In this document: positions 11,047 through 25,195 of the stretch, piece after piece | How positions within the stretch are numbered: position 1 is the stretch's first letter | How the letters are laid out: every line of letters begins with the position of its first letter | Assembly (NCBI GenBank): GCA_951406725.2 | Contig: OX597815.1 | Location: forward strand, 86,490,001 to 86,554,000 | Source: Octopus vulgaris | Taxonomy: Eukaryota | DNA length: 64,000 bases | Reading direction: 5' to 3' | Notes under the pieces: generated by a model | What the model was told of the DNA's origin: nothing | The model's input: only the letters and a program-made list of their open reading frames with translations | The model's database searches: none | Position numbers and translations under genes: made by a program

Positions 11047-12489
11047 AATATTAATAACACTGATGAAGGAAAAATATATAGCACTGTATTCTTTTGTGGT
11101 CGTCATAGTAAAGCAGACACAAATTATGGATCGCAGTCTGAAAGATTTTGTTAAAAACCCACTCATTTACTGATGTCAAAAATATGTGGAAGAAATCAAT
11201 ATTGTAAGAAATCTATATTATGTAACCAAATCTTTTGATTTCAAAGATATTTTGACTAAACCTCTGAAGAATACCTACAAGTCATATTCCCTGTAGATAA
11301 TACCATTTCAGTTACATAAACATCTACCTTTTGTATGCATATTATACTTGTGTTTCTCTCTTCTTATTTCTCTCCTCATCCTCTCTCTAACTTTGCAAAT
11401 GTAAGGATATGGTGATAGGCTTACATGATTTATGTTAAGGATCTGATTACAAATAGAGAAACCGACTTAAATATTGTAGAAAACACGAGATTAGCTATTC
11501 CATTCCAAATGAATACAAAGTGACAGATTACAATTCTGAATGAATTTTGAATTATGTTGTAAATACTCGGATTAATTTGTCATATTCAAGTGAATTTCAA
11601 CCAAGAAATTTAGTTAAATATCTTATGAAACCATGAAGAAAATAGAAAAATTAATATAACCAACCATTAAGGGATTACAGTTGTTCATATGATTACTATG
11701 TCTATTCCGTTTGAGGAATTGTCATGGCCATATCATTGATACTTTAATACTGTAAGTGACGATAGAATTGCTACAATTGGAAACCGGACCAACTGAGAAT
11801 CTCTCTTTGGTGGACAACATTCGATTCAGGCAATACCATATCTACCAAACAAAGAAGAATCCAAGCAATTGCATAACTTACAATAAATTACAGACAAATT
11901 TGGTTCAGATTACACTATAAGGTCTTGAGAAACAAATAAGAAATTGGGAAATGTAGTGCTAAATAGATTATACCTGCTGCAACATGGTTGGTCATAATCT
12001 GAACATGAACAACTTTGATAATGAATCTATTTGATCATATCTTACGTGAAGCTAGGTAAGAATTGCTTATTTCGATTTCTGTAGTCAATATTTGTTGGAT
12101 CATTGATAAGCTATAAACATTCTGTTAATTATTGAAATTTTTACTTAGTATACTATTGATATATGTACACAAATATATAAATCACTCACCTCACCGAGCT
12201 TCTCTTTGATACTCAAGGTTGCATAGTCCACCACTAGGAACGTTGGGGGGACAGACAAAACAGTGTTTTGACAGATGTTAAAACCTTCAAGAAGGAGGGT
12301 AATAAGTCATTTTATACTATTTCGTGCATCTAAACTGTGGGTAATCCCAATTCTTTGGTGCTTCAGTTATTCGATATAATTGCTGGAATGATAATACACG
12401 GCCAAATGACATATTTTTTTCTCTGTTCTTATGGTTGATACAAAATTGTACTTAAAAAAAGAGAGAACCGGATAATTTCGAGTTCATTA

Positions 12490-12777
<288 letters not shown>

Positions 12778-13829
12778 GGAGACAGAAGTTTGAACTGTTT
12801 ACTATAAATTCAACAATATTGTCATGTAAAAATGTTTTCAACTAAAATTGTTATATCTTCACAGTTTGGTTTACTGCAATCTTATAATTATGTGTACAGC
12901 GCTGTAAACAAACTGAATACTGCACCTGCAAACTTCCAAATTGTTCATTGTTCTATTTAGGTGTCGTTAATATATATCTATGTCATCTGGGAATGGGGTT
13001 TTTTTTCATGATTTTTCAGTTCTATACAGATATCGTATTGAATATTTTGACGCCGTAAATTACCAAAAATGATGAACTAAGATATTTTATTCATGATAAC
13101 AAATTCGGAAGTAGTTGGTCGGCCCAGTAGCTAGTTTATATGATAACTTTCACAAACATGCTGAGTTGTTTATTTGGATGGTATGACTAACCCTCCAAAT
13201 TCGATTGCAGTGACGAGCGAAATAAAATTTATGATTCGAAGCAAAAATGTCTTTCAAATGATAATATTTTCCTTTGGCACTCGTTCACTAATTTTTCGAT
13301 AGCAAGTGCGAACCATTGATTTAATCACCATCAAAGTAACTATTTTAGGAACAATCGACTCTCCTAATGATTTCAAATGTTGGTAAAGGAATTGCTTTCT
13401 GTTATTTTGCTTCCTTTTTCTTGCAAATAAAGATTTTCCCTCACTAAATACGTCAAATTGTTAGGAAGAGGAAGGTTTTGAGAAGATTGATCTCTGTGGC
13501 TCATGCTCACTTATTTCATTGATCCATGCAGGAATAAATTTTCGAAACAGCTTTGAAGAACTCTCAGAGCAGAAATCAAAAAATTAAATACTGAATAGAT
13601 TTGTTTCGATTTTACCGAATATCTGTTTTGAATACAGTAGGTGTAATCCCCCACTCCACTTTTCTCTTCTACTGAATAATTATTATGCACATCTATTCCC
13701 ACCATTCAATATTGTAACATTTACACATCAATGTATTTTACACTCTAAATGATTGATTGTACATTGTACATACTTATTTCAAATTCTCTAATAATCTCTC
13801 CCAGGAGAGCCAGCACACACACAGACACA

Positions 13830-13935
<106 letters not shown>

Positions 13936-13980
13936 AAGAGGTCAAGGTAGAAAATGCTATAATAATTTTATAAAAAACAT

Positions 13981-14020
13981 TTCAGCACCGGTTTCAGTCA
14001 GTGAGACTTTTTCAACTGTA
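13981..14020 (-). ncRNA. Type I minimal hammerhead variant (U3-A8) in a Penelope pLTR-like unit (~13933-14140)
   Basis: Minus strand reads CAG-TTGAAAA-AGTC tcact GACT-GAA-ACCGGT-G-CTG. The cleavage triplet is GUG, so this copy is probably inactive. Confidence 0.6.
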
Positions 14021-14225
14021 TGTATGGAAAACTATTAAATTTTCGAAAAATTAAATGAAAAGTTTTTTCAAAGAATATTTGCATAGTATTCAAATACAAG
14101 AGGCATTTTCCTTGTTTCTGCCGGTCTCTGTTACTGTATGTCTTGTTTACTCTTGAGGGTTCGAGGTCGTTGTGAATTCTTGGCAGAGAAAAAGAACAAC
14201 AACAACATGAATAATAAGAAGAAAG

Positions 14226-14258
<33 letters not shown>

Positions 14259-15086
14259 AGGGGAGGAAGAGGAGGAGGAGGAGGAGGAGGAGGAGGAGAA
14301 GGAGAAGAGAATGCGGGAGTGCTATGATAGTAGTAGGATGTTAAATGGTCAAGTGACCTAAAAGTGAAACGTAGTGGATGATAGCCTTAATTGGGACTGT
14401 TTTTAATGATTTCTTTTGTATCTCTTTTGAATGTATCATTTTTAATATTTGCGTCTCTGTTATTCTAATGTCGTGATGGATATGTCATTTGTTGTAGATG
14501 CGTTCAAAGTGGGTCTGTATTTTAAACCCTTTATTAATTCGTGTGGGAAGTGGACGTCCACTCCACACACGGCAACATTCGTCAATTTCTTGAAAATGGG
14601 GTCATGACCCCGAAATATTGAATACAAGGTACTTTATATTAATTCGCATATTTGTTTTCTTGCGATTTACCTTGCATTTACTTCGCATTGTTTTGGCCTT
14701 GCCCACGATCCTTTATACAATATATTCTATAAAATCCTTCATGGTAATTATTCCATTAAAAAATGAAAAAAATATTTTGGCACTTTCAAAAAAAATCATT
14801 TTTTAAGATATTAATTAATAATAAGAAATTTTAAAATAGGTTGTAAAATATAATTAATTTATACGATAAATAGAATACAAAAATTAGTTACATATTCCAG
14901 TAAAATCTACCTATAACAACAAATTCACAGTAAAATTTGCATGAGTTATTTGCCTAAGTTATTTATTGCCAAGTCTTCACATTTTTAGTCTTGAGCCGAT
15001 GCCTATTTTTATTCTATAATTTACTAATTCATTCTGAATATATTTCAACCGACTTTACATTTCTTAAATGTTGTCGATACTCACTA

Positions 15087-15320
15087 GGTGGCGAGCTGGC
15101 AGAAACGTTAGCACACCGGGCGAAATGCTTAGTGGTATTTCGTCTGCCGCTACGTTCTGAGTTCGAATTCCGCCGAGGTCGACTTTGCCTTTCATCCTTT
15201 CGGGGTCGATAAATTAAGTACCAGTTACGCACTGGGGTCGATGTAACCGACTTAATCCCTTTGTCTTGTCCTTGTTTGTCCCCTCTATGTTTAGCCCCTT
15301 GTGGGTAATAAAGAAATAGA
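15087..15320 (+). mobile_element. Full-length Nin-domain tRNA-SINE
   Basis: GGTGGCGAGCTGGCAGAAACGTTAGC...GAGTTCGAATTCC (box B)...GTCGACTTTGCCTTTCATCCTTTCGGGGTCGATAAATTAAGTACC...TAAAGAAATAG. More than 20 related copies occur in the window. Confidence 0.92.
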
Positions 15321-16115
15321 TACTCACTTAAAACATCAGTAGTTAGTGAGTGCGTTATCTTTCGCATATGTATGTGATAAACCTTGTGGTTTGAGACTTT
15401 CGCAATGTATTACGTAATCTTATGAATATTGTGCATTATCTTTACCTGACTGTATATCTGAGTCACAATATAGATTCTTCATGAAGAAATTATAGCACTA
15501 CCATTCGTCCTTTTAGATAATCCATTCGTCCTTTTTACTATATATATATTATCGGTCATTACGATGCTGATTGTGTCATATAATTCACTAGAATGTTACT
15601 GTCGGATTAACGACAACTATTGCACTTAGGAATATTAACGAATTTTCAAATGTGCTGGCGGAGGAGCATAGCCACTATTATGTTGGAATTACATGTAGAC
15701 TCTCGTTGAGAATCATAAGAAGAAATGGTACGAAACATAATGAAAAATTATAAACCTTTACATGCGTATTCTGTCTCTGTCGGAGCTCTTAGTGTTACTT
15801 ACTAGTACTTTTATATACTAGGCGCACTACTAAACGAGAACATTACTGTCGATATTGTGGCGATCTAGTAAAACTTTCGTGTGTGAATGTGCTGCAAGTA
15901 GAATGCTGTATAAACAGAGAAGCAAACGTAAGTGTTCACGGAGACTTAAACCTGTAACTTTTAGTTATTTTAAATATTAACCTATGAACAACTCTCGAGA
16001 ATGAAGAGAATTTTCTGTTCATTATTTACTAAAGTAAAATTATTCCAACGACTTCTAGTTATATAATGTCAAGTCGCAATATACGATGTAAATAGCAAAC
16101 TAAGTTCATATAAGA

Positions 16116-16220
16116 TAGACCTGAAGATTGACAACATACCCGTATTAATATGGTATTGTACAGAGACATTCTATTTCAGCAATGTCGAGGAATATGTTGT
16201 CATGAAACACGCATAGTCAA
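16116..16220 (+). ncRNA. Type I hammerhead-like motif with an extended stem II
   Basis: TAGAC-CTGAAGA-t-TGACAACATA...(54 nt with internal GACATT/AATGTC hairpin)...TATGTTGTCA-t-GAAACACGCATA-GTCAA. Stem II is a perfect 10 bp. Confidence 0.65.
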
Positions 16221-16526
16221 GATAATGTAAAGTATATAATTTGTAATAAGAATTGAAGGTATTAATTTTGATAATTTGGAATAAGAATTGTAGGTATTAA
16301 AATTTGATAATTTCTATATTTAGTCCTATACGTACACATTCAATGATGATTGAGTAGCTTGATGGTGATTCTGTCCCTTAAACATATCTATTTATATGTA
16401 TATAACACAGTGAGTAATTCATTTTAGTACCACTAAATTGAACTTCTCTCCCCTGTGTACTCGGAAATAACTTCCCTAAGATTAATATTAAATATATGCA
16501 TATACATACATACATACATACATACA

Positions 16527-16562
<36 letters not shown>

Positions 16563-17243
16563 TATATATACAATTTAAAAACAGGTTAAAATATTTGTAA
16601 GAATTTATCAAGTAGTTAACGTGAATAACTCATAAGGGGAAGCACCATCAATTTTTCTCTTAAATATATTTATATACATTATATAGGGGGTATAACTATA
16701 CATAAATGCCACACGCTAAGAGCTCATTACTCCCAATTAATAACAAGACCTTTTCACGATTTCAAACTTTACCTCTATAGCCTTCATACAAACTATCACA
16801 AGGGTCATCATTCACATATTACTTCCACCTCTACTACTATCACCAGCTTTATTATAAACCCTAAACCTGAAATCCATTTTCTCCTCCCACTACACTCTAT
16901 CTAAACATCCGCAACTTTCCTTCCTAACAGAGTTCTCCTCAAAATCATTCTATCATCAACACCTCAAATGTAGAAGTTTCCAATGTATTCTTCCCCGAAG
17001 ACGGAGGTGTTATCTGATAATGAATCCAAGTAACTATAATTATTCCGGACCACTAAGACCCATTTCCACCCAGTTTGACTCGTAAAACTCTACCTATTTG
17101 GCTACCGATATTATTTATATTCTGTAAGTCGGACTATTTTATATCCATACACATGTACATTTTTTCTATTAAATATATTTAATATTCTGTGGAAATCGAC
17201 TTGCCGAACTTGCTTGTCATTACACTTACACACACACACACAC

Positions 17244-17361
<118 letters not shown>

Positions 17362-17410
17362 GCACATACATAAAGATATTATTAATATATAATAATATAA
17401 ATGGTTAGCA

Positions 17411-17464
<54 letters not shown>

Positions 17465-17556
17465 CATATATATAGCAAAGTGAAATTGCAAGATACTGCA
17501 CGAGTTGAAATATATATGAAAGAAGGTTTGAAAATACAATTTAAAAAATGTTTATT

Positions 17557-17600
17557 CACTTGACCAGTTTCACTGTGTTAGGAAAAGATTGTCAAATATA
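17557..17600 (-). ncRNA. Degenerate hammerhead variant (left arm)
   Basis: Minus strand reads TATAT-TTGACAA-tcttttcctaacacagt-GAAACTGGTC-AAGTG. Confidence 0.5.
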
Positions 17601-18046
17601 AAATGTAGAGCTTTATAAAACCTTTGTTGTGTTAAGTACTGGTTGTCACAAAATATTATAATACATATATACATTATTTGATGATAATAAGAAAATCTTA
17701 AAAACAGTTTACAAGGAAATATCTTGAGAAAATATTAAACAAAAATTACAAAAAATATATTAAGATTTCATTAAAAATCGTGTTTGTTTGGAAGTATCTA
17801 TATATACACACAGAAAGGTATTAGTTCAAAAACATTCATATGTGGTCGTATATATATATATACACACACACACAAAAGGAGATATATTTAGGAGTTTACA
17901 AAGAATTTGAGGTGAACTGACCTGTTTTAGCTTTTTACGGTTTGTGTGAAGCTAAAGGTTGTTTACTATTTTAAGGGACAGTGCATTGTAATATTTTGTG
18001 ACAACCAGTACTTAACACAACAAAGATTTAACAAAGTTTTACATTT

Positions 18047-18089
18047 TACTTTTGACAATCTTTTCTAAAAAATTGAAACCGGTCAAGTG
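18047..18089 (+). ncRNA. Type I minimal hammerhead variant (U3-A8, right arm)
   Basis: TACTT-TTGACAA-tcttttctaaaaaatt-GAA-ACCGGT-C-AAGTG. It has a palindromic stem III and a GUC triplet, but a weak stem II. Confidence 0.6.
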
Positions 18090-18124
18090 AATAAACATCT
18101 TTCAAATTGCACTTTCAAACCTTC

Positions 18125-18172
<48 letters not shown>

Positions 18173-18887
18173 CTTATACATTCCTTACCTTCTCATCTCT
18201 TCCTATCCACACCTCCCCAACTCCTGTCCCATCTTCTCCTCATATTATCTTGACCGTCATCTATCATACATTTTCGCACTTCTTTCACCCTTTCTTCAGT
18301 TCTCTTTTACACTCCATTCACTATTTTTCTCTGTCTCTCTGTTTTTATTTTATTTTTTGTTTTTTAGTATTTTAGAATTTATTTTTTCTTCTTTTCTTTC
18401 TTTCTTCCTCTCATTTTCTCTTCCTGGTTTTATTTTGACCTATCTCCTCATTCTAATCATACACACAACTCCCCTCGCCCATCTATCCACAAATAATACC
18501 AATATGTTCTTAAAATTTTCCTTCACACAGCAACACCCCTTCGAATGAGCAACTCAGAATCCACGACTCTATATTTTGAAATGACTAAACATGAACTACT
18601 ATTGAAACTTGTATACCATATACAGGAAACTTTTTTACCACTTCTATACACCGCTTTACTCGAATAATCAACTGAAACTACAATATTTTATTTTTATTTC
18701 GACTTTCATTCTCTTATTTCCCTCTATATTCCTTATCTCCTCCTTTTCCATAATAATTTCTTATTTCAAACTCAAATATTTACCTCTATTTAAGCATCTC
18801 ACATCACAGAAACAGCTGTAAGACTATATATATATACATCTTTCCTTATGAATGTCCTGAAAACGCCTCACAGCCATGGCTTTGTTA

Positions 18888-18925
<38 letters not shown>

Positions 18926-19714
18926 GACGGACTGTTTCAAGTCCATTGACAAGTCTCTAGTCGGCCCGAAACCATGTTGTTGGGAAGCAAGATTCTTATT
19001 ACACAGCCACGTCTGAAAAGTTTCTTCTTACCACGCCGGAAAATATTGAAAATAATTTATAAATCTACATTTTGTCGTGTATTACTACTATATTTTAAAT
19101 ATTTACTATTACGCGGTATATTAAGCAGCCTAAACAGACAATACTTATTACTAGAGAAACGTTCAAGAAGCATCCAGTAAATAAGAATATTCCAGCTTTC
19201 GATCAGTAAGACCGAACTTTATCTACTTGATCAAATGTAATCATGTTTTGTCGAAGAAAGAAATGAATGTCGTAGAAAGAAATGAATGAATAGTTCATAT
19301 GATCTTCTGCATCAATGATAAAATGTTAAAATTCATGATATTACTATAATGCGTAGGCTGTCTTCCTGATTTCGTGAAATTCTTTGCTATGAAACGAAAA
19401 TAAAACAAACCTTAACACAGAAATAGAAAATAAAACAAAGAGCAATTTCTTTAAACTCATTTCGTGTTTTTCTGCGTGTTCTCATTAATGAAATGAAAGA
19501 ATACTACTACTACTACTACTAATGATGATGGTGATGATGATGATGATGATGATGATAGTGGTGGTGGTGGTGGTGGATTTGGTGATGATGATGATGATGA
19601 CGATGATGATGACAATGACGGTAATGATGATGATGATGATAAGCAATGCCCTGATGCAGTACCAGGCAGTGGCTGTTGTGGCCTTTGATTTTAACAGAAG
19701 TGAAACTTGAAGAA

Positions 19715-21212
19715 GTTGATTAGGAATTGACCAAAAAGAAAAGTGTTAGTCTTCAGCTCCTTTGGCTGAAATAATGGTTGTTGATGCCAAGAAAAAATAT
19801 ATAATGGGAGTGACAAAAGAAAAGATCCATGGTGGAAAAGGAGAATACAGGCGGACTTAGATATGCTCTCGAAGGACATTTCTGTGTTAGACCGAAAAGA
19901 GAAGGGGGAGGTAAAAAGTGAACAAAAATACAGGGCACTGAAAAGGAAGTATGATACTGGAAGAAAGGACCTGAAAGTGGTAATGGAGGAGCTGAAACAG
20001 CGCCTCGTTGCAAGGAAAGTAAAAAATGATAAGATACAACCAAAAATGAAGGGATTCCAACACAATAGGTTATTCAAAGTAGGTCAGAAGAGATTCTATA
20101 GAGAAATAAATGGAGGTGGTACAGACGAAAAGTTGCTACCGGATAATATTGAAAGTCAAAGGTTTGGAGTGACATCTGGAGCAAAGAGAAGGAGCACAAG
20201 AAGGATACTGAATGGTTGCAAGAACTGAAACAAACAGTAGTCTGTCTACAACAGGCAGAACTAATTAATTTAATTAGGGAAGTGAAGGAAATCAGCAAAA
20301 ATGGGCAACAGGAAGGCCCCAGGACCAGATGGAGTTCAAGGCTACTGGATCAAAAGATTTGGTGAATGTCATGCACGAATAGCTTAGCAGCTCAAGAACT
20401 TTTTAAATGCCGACCAAGTAACACCAGAGTGGCTGACAATGGGTAGGACAGTGCTCTGTCTGAAAAACATCGAAAAAAGCAATACAGTAGACAATTACAA
20501 GCCGATATCTTCCTTGTCACTTTTGTGGAAATTAGTGACTTGAATAAGTCAATATACGGACATCTGGAAATAAATGGAGTCCTGCTACATGAGCAGAGCG
20601 GTTGCAAGTATCAACCTCTGGTAGACAAAACTCTACTTAGAGACTGCAATAGGAAAAAAACTAACTTAGATATGTCATAGATTGATTATCGTAATGCACA
20701 CGATATGATCCCACGTTCTTGAATTATGTAAGTATGAACCTATTTGGTATTGCATCGAATGTTGAACGATTGCTTGGAAAACGTATGGCGAGGTGGATGG
20801 GGTGGGGCTGAACCGACAGCACATAGAAGAAGTTTAGAGAAAATAGAAATCATGAGAAGCATCTTTCGAGGGAACTGCCTGTCCTCACTGATCTTTGTAC
20901 TGTGCATGATACCACTAACATTGATTCTGAGGAAAGCAAAGGCTGGGTATGTATTCAATGCGACCATCAGATTAGAGAATCGGAAACCAGACATCAAAAA
21001 GATTGTGCTGACAAGTACAGACTACATTCTTAGAAAAACTGTATCAATATAAATACCTGTGTTGTATATTATGAATATATTATGCTACTGCCCCTGCCAC
21101 TCCCCCTCTCCAAGCCGTCAGTCATACTGTAACATTTCTTATGCGTCACTCGCTTTTGGTTGCTGAGTATGTATCGGCAAGTGATTGTAACAAACATGCA
21201 GACTAAAAGTAA
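19715..21212 (+). mobile_element. Decayed R4/Dong-type LINE (N-terminus + RT, internally deleted, 3' UTR into (TAA)n)
   Basis: Frameshifted motifs KAPGPDGVQGYWIK, NYKPIS, EQSGC, IDYRNAHDMIP and SIFRGNCLSSLIFVLCMIPLT. The 3' end is shared with 9000-9205. Confidence 0.9.
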
Positions 21213-21260
21213 ATAATAATAATAATAATAATAATGATAATAATAATAATAATAATAATA

Positions 21261-21347
<87 letters not shown>

Positions 21348-21350
<3 letters not shown>

Positions 21351-21735
21351 TAGTTTTATTTTTATAGCGTGCTTTCACTTCACTACCGAGCGTAGCTCTG
21401 TGTGCCTTGGGTATGTGCTGTGATTTGTTGTGATGCTCTGATGGTTATTGTATGGAAAGTGTTCTGCGTAGGACGTATGCAGTGCCTAGTAGTGCAATTT
21501 TCTGTATGTTATATGTGTTTGTATGTCCTGGTGTTTTTGTTATGTATTTGTCTGAATATTTTTTTATCATGCCTAATGCACCTACTATGATAGGAATTGT
21601 TTCTGTTTTTAGATTCCACATTCTGGTTACCTCTATTTCCAGGTCTTTGTATTTTGAAAGTTTCTCCATTTCTTTTAAAGACACGTTGTCATCTGCTGGT
21701 ATTGATACATCAATTAGAAAGCATTTTTTAAAAAG
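21348..21735 (-). mobile_element. 5'-truncated R4/Dong-type LINE 3' end
   Basis: ORF 21445-21738 reads CFLIDVSIPADDNVSLKEMEKLSKYKDLEIEVTRMW..IPIIVGALG..IQKIALLGTA..LRRTL. It is embedded in TAA repeats on both sides. Confidence 0.92.
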
Positions 21736-21771
21736 CATTTCTTCTTCTTCTTATTATTATTATTATTATTA

Positions 21772-21881
<110 letters not shown>

Positions 21882-21894
21882 GGATAGTTCTTAA

Positions 21895-22215
21895 TTACCG
21901 GTTTTTCGTTATTTGAAAGCAGGCAACAAAAATCATCAAAGGTTTCAAGTAATGCCTTCTCCTATGATTCAAAGAGACAATGTTCTCCTTAGAATGCGAG
22001 CTGACAGCAGCTCCAATATTCTTAATATGTTTTTCAAAGCCCTTAGAAACTGCTCCAAATGTTCCAATTACCACCGGTATCATCATTCTTTCATTATACC
22101 CCATAACGTTTCTATCTCGTCCCGCAGTGGCTGGTATTTCTCACTCTTTTCTGTTTCCTTACATTTCACCCTCGAATCACCTGGTATTGCAACATCTATT
22201 ATCTTTACTTCTTTT
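21895..22215 (-). mobile_element. R4/Dong-type LINE RLE fragment
   Basis: IIDVAIPGDSRV..KE.EK..KYQPL..EI...IPVVIGTFGAVSK. Confidence 0.8.
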
Positions 22216-22239
22216 TTATGCAGACATTGTTGTAGGAAC

Positions 22240-22420
22240 CATCAAAACTAATAAATGTATCAGTTTCAACAGATGACAATGTACTTCCAAAAGAAATGGA
22301 GAAACTCTTGAAATTCACTGACCTGGAAATTGAGATATCCCGAATGTGGGGCCTGAAGATAGAAGTAATCCCTTTAATAATAGTTGAATTAGGCATGGTT
22401 AAAAGACATGCAGACATATG
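22240..22420 (+). mobile_element. Short R4/Dong-type LINE RLE fragment
   Basis: VSVSTDDNVLPKEMEKLLKFTDLEIEISRMWGLKIEVIPLIIVELG. Confidence 0.8.
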
Positions 22421-23429
22421 AGTTTAAAATATGTGGCGCGGAAAAACAAATTATGTAAAATCGAAGAGCTCCAAAGATATTATACAGTATCTATGTTGGA
22501 AAAGCTAAATGTTTGTAAGCTATGCAGAATTACATGGTAACAAATACAAGATTTATAAAAATCCGTAATAGTAAAATACACATCTAAAAGATTACTTCAT
22601 ACCACATAGATTGCGTCAGAGAATCAAAAGAGAAAAAAATACATTCTACCCTTTCGTAGCTCCGTTTACTGAGTTCTGTTGCATGTAATAGTAACTGTTG
22701 ATATCTTTAGAATTGTACCTTTAGCTGCAGTGAAACGTCATTCATGTAGTGAGAATTTTACGAATAGTCAATCGTCTGCATATTTATAGTCATCTACTGC
22801 TGGTTATTTGCCTTGTAAGAACCTCTTTCCGTCAAAATAGCAACTTGCTCTTACGCGGTCTTTCCAGCTTCGCATCTCAACTGCATCCCTGTGACCTTTA
22901 TGACTCTGCTCTGAGAGTGAAAGAGACCTACAATTATTTAATCGCCCTCAATTGTGATTCACTTGTCGTTTTTAGTTTGTGCTTTATTTTGTGACATCTG
23001 ATATTTCACCGACAGTTTTACTCGTCTTATTCGTTCGCCATATCCTCCACAGTATCACAAGAAAATGGAGTAGTCAGTTGCATGTTACTATGAGAGAGAG
23101 AAGAGTCTATAATCGCCTACAAATCAGGTGACTACAAATCAGGAGCCATTTACTATCTCCCTCATTCTTAACCTTGTATAACACCATTCCGCAGATGAAG
23201 ATGCGAGTGCATGAACGGGCGTTTTAAGCAGAATCCCCGCCTGTAATCATGCTCCACCTTCCGTAACGAATGTCAGACAGACACTAGAAAAAGGTGTTAT
23301 CCCAAATGTCCACCAGGGTTTTCAACGATTGAGAAAACATCAACCTATTTAACCGCTCATGTATCAGTTGTTTGGACAAGATGATAGATTTCTCTCCTCT
23401 CTCTGTCTCTCTGTATCTCTGTCTCTCTG

Positions 23430-23463
<34 letters not shown>

Positions 23464-24029
23464 GATCTCACGCACACACACATACATATGTGTGTATACG
23501 TTTTCCTTGGTTTTTCCACATCCCTATGTGGGACTGAACTCTGTCCATATAATAAAATTCCACGTTAGAATCAATTTCTGATATTTCTGATATTTCTTTT
23601 GCACACGCGTTGACGTTGGAGTCTTGTATGCGAGAGTCAACGTCGTTGTTATTCTTATTACTCCGCTGCGTGCTTCCACAACCAATCAATAAATGATTGT
23701 TTTCGGAAAACACAGTTTCTTTTCCCAAAGCATGTATCTCTCATTGTAAAGCAGGCTCGCTTAGGTTTTCCAGCTTAGTGTTCATGAAGCTGATTTCTAT
23801 TTTATTTTCGTAGGCGTTCCTTCATTCACTTGAACCAATACGAAAGACCTCAAACAAAAAACGGACCGGAAAATGTTCGATAAAATAACATTATTGTGAA
23901 AATTAATTAAATCGCTTGCCTTGTAAAATAGCTTTGGCGACATAAACAAGTGAAAATCTTCGAAAAACACAGTAATCCAAAAGGCATCGAAAGGAGGGAG
24001 AAGAACATCTGTTGAAGCTGACAACCAAT

Positions 24030-24225
24030 AATAATAATTATTTCTATTTTGATTCAATATCAGCAATTTTCCATCGACCGTAGTTCTTAACTGGCACTTT
24101 GCTATATCGAACTCTAAAGGCGGAAAGGCAAAGTCGACTTCGGTAGCATTCGAACTCAGAGCGTAAAGCAAGAAGAAATGCCGCTAAGCATTTTTCCGGC
24201 GTACTAAAGATTCTGGCAGCTCACC
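24030..24225 (-). mobile_element. Degenerate Nin-domain SINE
   Basis: GGCAAAGTCGACTTCGG..CGAACTCAGAGCG..CCGCTAAGCATTT. Confidence 0.8.
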
Positions 24226-24977
24226 ATATCATGAACTTTACTTGCCTCAAGGGTCAATTCTTTAATTAGAAATATTTTACAGAAACTGGCCTGCCAGAAA
24301 TGTGGTATTCTAAAACAACGTTTATATCAGAAAGAAGGAGGAAGTAAAAGCGTTACACAAAATATCAATACTTTAAAACTTAATAATAAACAGTAATAAA
24401 TTAATAAATAAAACAAATCTATCTATATATAAATGAAAATAAATAAATGGAAATATCAAATGCAATTCCACCACAAACCGGTGAAGGCCACCATCTGGAT
24501 TTTATCAGAACACCCTACAAATCTGTTCACGTTCCATTTCCATGTACTCTACATCCAAATACTTGAAATAGTTGGATGTGAAAGACCCTGTGAACCTCTG
24601 AGTTGCCAGCGCATGTCTTTGTGATTAACCTCATAGTATTGAAAGTATTTTAATTTTTTCTTCTTCATTTATATCCCTACAAATTTATCTTTAGTCTTTC
24701 TAATATTTGCTTGCATGCCTTCTTCTATAAGTCCCTCAGTCGGCCATTGACTATGCAAAGAACAATAAGCTTCGTTCATTTTCCTGAAGAGTTGACCTCA
24801 TCCGTCAACATTTTACTCAACATTTCTTAGATTACGACTGATTTAACCGAGTCCTTTTTTATTTTTAATTTACTTTTGCACTTTTTGACAATATTCCAGC
24901 CCTGTTCTGTATCTATCTGTCGCCATTTGGAATTCACAGCGAGGGGATTTCTTTCCGTTCTTCATTATTCATAACTG

Positions 24978-25195
24978 CAAGGCGGTGATCTGGCAGAACC
25001 GTTAGCGCGCTGGACGAAACGCTTAGCGGCATTTCGCCTGTCGCTGCGCTCTGACTTCAAATTCCGCCGAGGTCGACTTTGCCTTTCATACTTTCAAGAT
25101 CGATAAATTAAGTACCACTGAAACACTGGGCTCGGTATAATCGATTAGTACCATGCCCCAAATTTCATGCTTTGTTCCTTTCGTAGAAAGAATTA
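24978..25195 (+). mobile_element. Nin-domain SINE
   Basis: GGCGGTGATCTGGCAGAACCGTTAGC...GTCGACTTTGCCTTTCAT. Flanked by the TSD ATTATTCATAACTGCA. Confidence 0.88.

Larger units (their letters stand above)
17511..18136. mobile_element. Inverted pair of ~147-bp Penelope pLTR-like arms (17511-17658 and 17989-18136), each with a hammerhead
   Basis: TTGTTGTGTTAAGTACTGGTTGTCACAAAATATTA pairs with TAATATTTTGTGACAACCAGTACTTAACACAACAA. Both outer ends run into (TA)n. Confidence 0.85.

Noticed and set aside
14400-14760. Possible PLE protein fragment on the minus strand (LIKGLKYRPTLN) upstream of the 13981 hammerhead
   Set aside because: It is a single short motif, ambiguous between a PLE N-terminus and an endonuclease C-terminus, and not enough to annotate.
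16995-17060. CCGAAGA followed by a CGGAG/TTCCG stem
   Set aside because: GAAA and stems I and III are not recognisable, so it is at best a dead hammerhead and was not annotated.
24784-24810. CTGAAGA followed by a perfect GTTGAC/GTCAAC stem
   Set aside because: No GAAA core or stem III follows.
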